Part shown: positions 58,044 to 64,000 of the stretch, piece after piece
How the letters are laid out: the number at the start of each line of letters is the position of its first letter
Position numbering within the stretch: position 1 is the first letter of the stretch
Source of the DNA: a virus
IMG/VR virus record: IMGVR_UViG_3300024346_000008
Location: 64,001-128,000 of that record
Strand: one strand, 5' to 3'
Length of the DNA stretch: 64,000 nucleotides
Notes under the pieces: model-generated
The model's input: only the letters and a program-made list of their open reading frames with translations
The model's database searches: none
What the model was told of the DNA's origin: nothing
Position numbers and translations under genes: made by a program

Positions 58044-58760
58044 TTATAATCCAAACCGTGCACGGGTGGCGTTATAATTAGCAAGAACTTCTGTTGCACT
58101 CAATGTTCTATTGTATATATGCGCCATATACATACGAAAGGGCGGTGCATTCGGTTGTGCAACATTTCCCCCGATTAAATAATCATTGGGAATATTTGCC
58201 GCGGCATATGTACCACCAGTAGCGTTTGTTCCCACAGATGACCCATTTCTATAAAAAGTTAAAGTGGTTCCATTATATGTCATCATATAATACTGATAAG
58301 TGCTTACTATCCAACTATTTGACGCGCCGGCTTCAGGTGAACCACCACCGGTTTTCATCGTTGCCGCAGCTTGAGTTGTTGATGTTGACCCTTGATATAT
58401 TAATCCTGCCACATTAGTTCCACCAACATTTATGCTAGATGATAATATAAATACGGGGCCTGTTCCACTGGTACCCGTTGGGTATAACCAAATACCCATA
58501 CTAAATGCGCTACCAACGGTAACGCTTCCGGCTACTCCTGTGCATGCATCGGGTTTTGTGGTAAACGCCAAGCCACCACGCGCGTCCGTTGTATAATTAC
58601 TACTGGACATTAATCCATTTGCTCCTCTACCCGTCAAGTCTTTTGCTGTTAGTGTCGATACACCAGACCGATATGAAAAACTGTTTGCCATATCAATTGA
58701 CATGATTAATCCATCATTAATTAAATTACCCGTTGGACGACTTCCTGCATATATTGTCAT
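58044..58760 (-). CDS. LamG/ConA-like lectin domain protein (divergent paralogue)
   Basis: DGLIMSID, DLTG, FYRNG, IYNRTLSATEVLANYNATRARFGL. Confidence 0.85.
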   Translation of the reverse strand: MTIYAGSRPTGNLINDGLIMSIDMANSFSYRSGVSTLTAKDLTGRGANGLMSSSNYTTDARGGLAFTTKPDACTGVAGSVTVGSAFSMGIWLYPTGTSGTGPVFILSSSINVGGTNVAGLIYQGSTSTTQAAATMKTGGGSPEAGASNSWIVSTYQYYMMTYNGTTLTFYRNGSSVGTNATGGTYAAANIPNDYLIGGNVAQPNAPPFRMYMAHIYNRTLSATEVLANYNATRARFGL

Positions 58761-58761
58761 A

Positions 58762-61700
58762 TTATTCTACCGTTTGTAATGTGTCTACGTCTTTACGTGT
58801 TGCTTGTACAAAGTAAAAGCAATCAATTGGGGTATTTGAATTAATAACTACGGTATTATTTTCAATGTTTTGTACATATAATATTTGTTGTGTACCAATT
58901 GGCGTTAATTGTACCGTAATACTATCTGCATCTACTAACCATTCCCATTCTTCTGGTAATTGGATAATATTATTTTTTGTTAACCGTCCCCGCACATATA
59001 CGCCATGTTCTGGACCTTCCAATACACCGTAGATAAGTTTCTTGCCTAACAATATTTGATGGTCAATTTTGAAACTCTTGGTCGTAGCTTGAAATGCTCC
59101 GAGTATTGTTGCCGACCCTGTGATATTTAATGCGTTACTGCCCGTAATGGTTAATGACCCCGTGATGATGGCGTTTCCAGTATATGGGAACGTTGACCCA
59201 ATACTGGACGTAGTAAAGATTTTTCCGGTAGCAGTTTCTAATACCAATACACTATTTGCATTAGTGGTATTGGATATACTTACTAAATTGACATTGGATG
59301 CGGTGATACTACCATTTGTAGCGTTAAGACTGCCCGATACCGTGAGGTTATTACTAAAGTTACCAGACCCCGATACATCAAAATTATAGTTTGGCGTAAC
59401 AATGTTAATACCAACTTTTGCTACCGATGGTGATTGTGAACCAGTAAATTGAACTGCTACATTGTTATACGAGCCGGTGGCAAATATAATTCCGCCAATA
59501 TTAATAGAATCGGTTATGTTACGAGGTAAACCAATACTGTTACCCACAACGATATTGTTTGACCCCATACTATCTACTGAATTAACTACATATCCCGACG
59601 AGTCTCCTATTAATATTGAATATGAGGCACTAACTGCATTATTTCCGGCACGTTTTCCTAAAAATGTTGAATAACGTGCGTTACTTGCACCAAATCCTGC
59701 CCGCAGTCCAATAAAGGTTGAACCGGTTGCGTCCGTGGCAAGTTCACCGGCACGTTCACCAATAAATGTTGAATTACTTGCTCTACTTGCACTAAATCCT
59801 GTCCGCAGTCCAATAAAGGTTGAGTTGTATGGATCAGTGGCGTTCTGACCGGCACTTGCCCCCACAAATGTTGATAATGATGCGGATATTGCCTTATATC
59901 CTGCAAAAGACCCTAAAAATGTTGAAGTATCTGCTTTACTTGCACTAAACCCAGCACTGTCACCAACAAAGGTTGAATTGAATGCAGATCGTGCTGCGAA
60001 GCCTGCTTGGTCACCAATAAATACGACATTGTATGCCCCCGACGCAGAGTATCCCGCTTGATATCCTAGTAAATTTGAATTATTAAAGTTACCCGGGTCA
60101 CCTGCTCCTGCTTCAGACCCGATAAAATTAGAATTAGATGCATTGCGGCCGCCCTGCGTTCCTGCAAGATATCCAATCATGACAGAATCGTTTGATGCAA
60201 CTGCGTCATATGCTACTTGATATCCAATGTATACACTATTATATGAACCGTTACGAGCGGCGGTGGTTCCTATAAATGTTGAATAATCACAATCAAACGA
60301 TGCCGTTCCTGCGCCGAATCCTAAATATGATGCGGAAATTCCAGGTCTACCTATCCCAGAATTTGCTGTTATTAATGAACTTGACGCCCCGGCGGCAAAG
60401 GGATAACTGGATGATATTGCATTACTTGCCCAACTACTCGTACCGAACAATGAACTAGTAATTCCGCCACCGATAACCGTGATACCACTACCCGTCACCG
60501 TCAATGACCCACTAATGACTGCTGCACCAACAAACGGGAATGTAGTTGCCGTCACCCCCGTTAATCCGGTACCATCCCCCTTGAATGACCCCGTAAAGGA
60601 GCCAGTGAATGGGTCACTTAGTGTAGTAAATTGTTGTGAACTAGAGACAACTCCAGCAGGTAATGTTGCAATTGCACTTAATGCGTAGGATGCAGTTGTG
60701 GCAAACGAACTGGATATTGCATTACTTGCCCAACTACTCGTACCGAACAATGATGCGGTAATATTATTGGTGGAGAAGACTTTATTGGTTGCCGTTTCTA
60801 ATACTAAAAGCGTATTTGGACCAGGAGTACCAGAAAGTACTAAGTTCACATTTGATGCGGTAACACTGCCCGAAATATTCAACGACCCACTAATGACTAC
60901 TGGACCCACCGTTGTTTGACTGCCCGTAGTGTATAATGACCCCGATACATCTAATCCATTTGGAAAATTAATATATCCCGTAAAAGATGACGCGGTTGCT
61001 GCCGTGGTGGCAAAGGATGCAGTTGGTGGCGTAAAGGTAATAGACGTTGCTGCGGATGCCGTGGTAGCAAATGAAGATGATACTACATTACTTGCCCAAC
61101 TACTCGTACCAAATACTGACCCACTAAATATACCAATAAACGACCCTGTGAACGATCCTGTATTAATTTGCGAAGAACTGGAAACCACTCCCGCAGGTAA
61201 TGTTACATTTGCACTTAATGCATAACTTGATGTAGTGGCAAATGAGGAGGAGATTGCGTTACTGGCCCAACTGGCTGTTCCAAACGCAGACCCACTATGA
61301 ATGCCAATGAACGACCCTGTAAACGAGCCGGTATTAATTTGTGCAGAACTAGAAACCGTACCCGTTGGTAAGAACGCAATAACTTGTGCAGAACTACTGA
61401 CAATGTTTGCAGGAACATTACTTAGTCCTGTGTAGGATACTTGTCCAGAACTGGATACCGTTCCAGCGGGCAATCCCGATGGAAGTACATAAGATGCTGA
61501 TGTTGCCCAACTACTTGTTCCCGTCAAGGTACCTACAAACGAACCACTAAACGAACCTGTATTGATTTGGGTAGAACTACTAACCAATCCTTCAGGTATT
61601 CCAGTGAGCGATGTCCATGCAGTTGACCCCGTAGCCATCGTGGGTGCCCATGAGGCAGATATTGCAAATGATGCAGTGGTTGCCCAACTAGACGTACCTA

Positions 61701-64000
61701 TTAATGTTCCCGTAAACGAACCGCTAAACGACCCCGTATTGATTTGTACAGAACTACTAACTAACCCCTCCGGTATACCGGTAAGACTTGTCCATGTAGT
61801 TGACCCTGTGGCTTGTGTTGGTGCCCATGACGCAGATAACGCCGAGACTGCAAAGGATGAGGTGGTGGCAAATGAACTGGATATTGCGTTACTTGCCCAA
61901 CTTGCGGTCCCTATTAAGGTTCCAATGATTTGGTTGGTGACATTCAACGAACCTGTTATACCGTAAGACCCTGTGAGTTGTTTGCTGTTAATCCATATAC
62001 TACCACTTTTTACTAATAAATCCCCGTATGAAGAACCAGCTACATTTACATCGTGTAATTCATCCAGTTCATATCCGTTATCTATCTTGACATAGATTGC
62101 CCCCGCCGATGCGTGTACACGTTCAACATATCCAATTTGTACACCGTGATAGGGTGCCTCGGGTCTGGTCTGGGTGTACTCTCCTGCAGATGCACTTAAC
62201 CACAACAAGGCGCCGGGTGTCAGACCAATTGTGTTCAGGCCGTGAACTACACCAACTACAGTGACGAACCCTTCTTGGCCAGAGAGAATGGGTTCGGTAA
62301 CCACTCCAATGGTATTAGATGAACCAAGTTCCGCAGTGGCCGATGCACGACGAACTGCAATTCGGTTTCCCTGTGAACCAGAGATGTAGACTGCCGTACC
62401 GTCAGTAAGTGTGGTTGCTTCAGCATTAAATACACGTGCGACTAATTCTTGTCCAATCTGAAGGGTTGTATTTCCACCCTTCAATCCAAGGTCAAGGGTG
62501 CCGTCACCATCATTCCATACCAATCTACCTGCTGCACCACCAACTACTGCGGTAGTATCAATGTCAATGTAAGATGCCTTTACACTTCCTGTGACGATAA
62601 CAGAGCCGGTAATAATCTGAGTTCCTACAAAAATGTTGGACCCTGTTGAAGCATATGTAGTAGAATCTCTATTGTCCAGTAAATCCGAATTTAATGCGGA
62701 GACTGCGTTATTTGCCCAACTTGCCGTACCAAACATGGTACCAACATTCGTAATATTATTACCGTCCAAGGATAAGGTGCCAGCCATTGCACGGGTTCCA
62801 TTTACTAACAAATATTGTGTATGGTCGTCTGCATTTAATCCTAATAGATTTCCGTGAACAGACGAGGCGTTTACTCCTGCTGCTCTAAATCCAATGATTG
62901 GACGAATGTCCTGTATTTGTGTAATATTTGCAGAACCAGATTGCACATAGACTGCCGCCAATGCAACAACCCCATCATTAAAATATGTTGGAATACTTGG
63001 TAGGTTTGCATTTTCTGCGGCAACTAGCGTTGAATATTGATTGGAATTAATAACAAGGAAATATTTTTCGTCTATTCCTTCACCCACACCATATAATGTA
63101 TGTTTTGTGTATGCAGATGCGGATAATGGAGCCAATACACTTGCGGAAGCATACAGATTGTTTGGAACAATAGACGAGGTATATCGTGCCCATGTTGATG
63201 CACTTGGGTAATATTGAGTAAGATTTATAGATGATGTGCCAGAAGGAGTAAACTTATTTTCTGAGAAGAAATATGTTCCTGCTGTTACATCTAATTTAAA
63301 TGGCGTGGAATCTTCGGTAACGGTAGACCCTGCTGCATATACTGGTCCCAATGCTTCTCTATTAAATGTAGAGAGTTTGTTGGCCATGTGTTCGCCATTA
63401 TATGGCGTTTGGTCAATAAGTTCAATTCCAGTATTATTTGTTACCACTCTACCCAAGATAATATTGGTTTCATTATTCGGAATAGAACCTGCGGCAGTTA
63501 ATACTTCCGTGGAGGTTAAGTAAATGTAATTATTGGAATTTGCGGTTAAGGTTAGATTACCGTTTACCCAATCTATTCTTTTGTATACCGCCGCATCAGT
63601 TGCATCTCGTGCATATCCAAATCCAGACGCAACGGTAATATTAAATCCACTGCCCGTGGTAATATTGCCGTCCTCCATAACACCCATTGGAGAACCCTTA
63701 AAAATAAGAGTAGTTGCATCCGTATGAGTTCCATCGGCGAATGTTACTGCTAAATTACGGGTAATATCATTTTCACCGTCAGTATCATCTAAGAAGTTCC
63801 AAAAGAAATTGTCACTTAAATTATTAATTTTACCATGAGACGCAACACCTTGATACCGACCTTTTGTAGAGGTATTCAATACATCAAAGTCGTATATATT
63901 TGAATTATGAATCATACTACCAACAATTCTAAATTCAGGGGCAGGAGATGCAGCAGGAACTCGTACACCATAATCCCAATTTTGCATCTCTAAGGCTGCG
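58762..64000 (-). CDS. Giant modular fibre/adhesin-like virion protein, partial (5' end outside window)
   Basis: At least 1741 aa open to the window edge; DDHTQY and ELDELHDV modules, TGSF/ASWA repeats, STFxGxxAG beta-roll repeats, C-terminal KSFKIDH...LEGPE...VQLTP. Confidence 0.85.
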   Translation of the reverse strand, partial: AALEMQNWDYGVRVPAASPAPEFRIVGSMIHNSNIYDFDVLNTSTKGRYQGVASHGKINNLSDNFFWNFLDDTDGENDITRNLAVTFADGTHTDATTLIFKGSPMGVMEDGNITTGSGFNITVASGFGYARDATDAAVYKRIDWVNGNLTLTANSNNYIYLTSTEVLTAAGSIPNNETNIILGRVVTNNTGIELIDQTPYNGEHMANKLSTFNREALGPVYAAGSTVTEDSTPFKLDVTAGTYFFSENKFTPSGTSSINLTQYYPSASTWARYTSSIVPNNLYASASVLAPLSASAYTKHTLYGVGEGIDEKYFLVINSNQYSTLVAAENANLPSIPTYFNDGVVALAAVYVQSGSANITQIQDIRPIIGFRAAGVNASSVHGNLLGLNADDHTQYLLVNGTRAMAGTLSLDGNNITNVGTMFGTASWANNAVSALNSDLLDNRDSTTYASTGSNIFVGTQIITGSVIVTGSVKASYIDIDTTAVVGGAAGRLVWNDGDGTLDLGLKGGNTTLQIGQELVARVFNAEATTLTDGTAVYISGSQGNRIAVRRASATAELGSSNTIGVVTEPILSGQEGFVTVVGVVHGLNTIGLTPGALLWLSASAGEYTQTRPEAPYHGVQIGYVERVHASAGAIYVKIDNGYELDELHDVNVAGSSYGDLLVKSGSIWINSKQLTGSYGITGSLNVTNQIIGTLIGTASWASNAISSSFATTSSFAVSALSASWAPTQATGSTTWTSLTGIPEGLVSSSVQINTGSFSGSFTGTLIGTSSWATTASFAISASWAPTMATGSTAWTSLTGIPEGLVSSSTQINTGSFSGSFVGTLTGTSSWATSASYVLPSGLPAGTVSSSGQVSYTGLSNVPANIVSSSAQVIAFLPTGTVSSSAQINTGSFTGSFIGIHSGSAFGTASWASNAISSSFATTSSYALSANVTLPAGVVSSSSQINTGSFTGSFIGIFSGSVFGTSSWASNVVSSSFATTASAATSITFTPPTASFATTAATASSFTGYINFPNGLDVSGSLYTTGSQTTVGPVVISGSLNISGSVTASNVNLVLSGTPGPNTLLVLETATNKVFSTNNITASLFGTSSWASNAISSSFATTASYALSAIATLPAGVVSSSQQFTTLSDPFTGSFTGSFKGDGTGLTGVTATTFPFVGAAVISGSLTVTGSGITVIGGGITSSLFGTSSWASNAISSSYPFAAGASSSLITANSGIGRPGISASYLGFGAGTASFDCDYSTFIGTTAARNGSYNSVYIGYQVAYDAVASNDSVMIGYLAGTQGGRNASNSNFIGSEAGAGDPGNFNNSNLLGYQAGYSASGAYNVVFIGDQAGFAARSAFNSTFVGDSAGFSASKADTSTFLGSFAGYKAISASLSTFVGASAGQNATDPYNSTFIGLRTGFSASRASNSTFIGERAGELATDATGSTFIGLRAGFGASNARYSTFLGKRAGNNAVSASYSILIGDSSGYVVNSVDSMGSNNIVVGNSIGLPRNITDSINIGGIIFATGSYNNVAVQFTGSQSPSVAKVGINIVTPNYNFDVSGSGNFSNNLTVSGSLNATNGSITASNVNLVSISNTTNANSVLVLETATGKIFTTSSIGSTFPYTGNAIITGSLTITGSNALNITGSATILGAFQATTKSFKIDHQILLGKKLIYGVLEGPEHGVYVRGRLTKNNIIQLPEEWEWLVDADSITVQLTPIGTQQILYVQNIENNTVVINSNTPIDCFYFVQATRKDVDTLQTVE

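Noticed and set aside
1-64000. Stop-codon reassignment, as seen in some large phages
   Set aside because: Core genes are full length in code 11, and TAA, TGA and TAG (e.g. the amidase at 12701) all end genes at sensible positions.
53203-64000. Diversity-generating retroelement acting on the fibre or lectin genes
   Set aside because: No reverse transcriptase in the window, and the repeats found are identical or synonymous rather than adenine-specific TR/VR pairs. An element acting in trans from elsewhere cannot be excluded.

Overview
This is a fragment of a large, AT-rich, T4-like (contractile-tailed, probably jumbo) bacteriophage genome, using the standard genetic code, with nearly all genes on the minus strand. 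In coordinate order it holds five blocks. (1) An operon of secreted proteins and a lipoprotein (0.5-3.9 kb). (2) A replication and nucleotide-metabolism block (4-28.8 kb): PD-(D/E)XK nuclease, dCMP deaminase, clamp loaders, ClpP, DNA methyltransferase plus GREB1/TAGT-type glycosyltransferase, sliding clamp, signal-peptide amidase, ligase, family B polymerase, dUTPase, thioredoxins, class II RNR, helicase, 5'-3' exonuclease, RecA, SSB, UDP-sugar dehydrogenase and a minimal family A polymerase. (3) Baseplate, tape measure and chaperone genes followed by a SNF2/HARP helicase (28.8-40.9 kb). (4) An 8-gene glycan island with two GT60-type polypeptide GlcNAc transferases, lying directly downstream of a mucin-like Thr/Pro-repeat protein (40.9-49.5 kb). 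(5) Fibre and lectin-like virion genes (49.5-64 kb). The best candidate for a new system is phage-encoded mucin-type O-glycosylation, with substrate and enzymes side by side. Other notable signals are a ~122-nt tRNA-like RNA, sigma70 promoters embedded in inverted repeats, a probable +1 frameshift upstream of the tape measure gene, an unlisted 8-Cys miniprotein, and D-S/T-X sequon enrichment suggesting a non-Bacteroidia FCB host. All family calls come from motif recognition by eye; no database searches were run.
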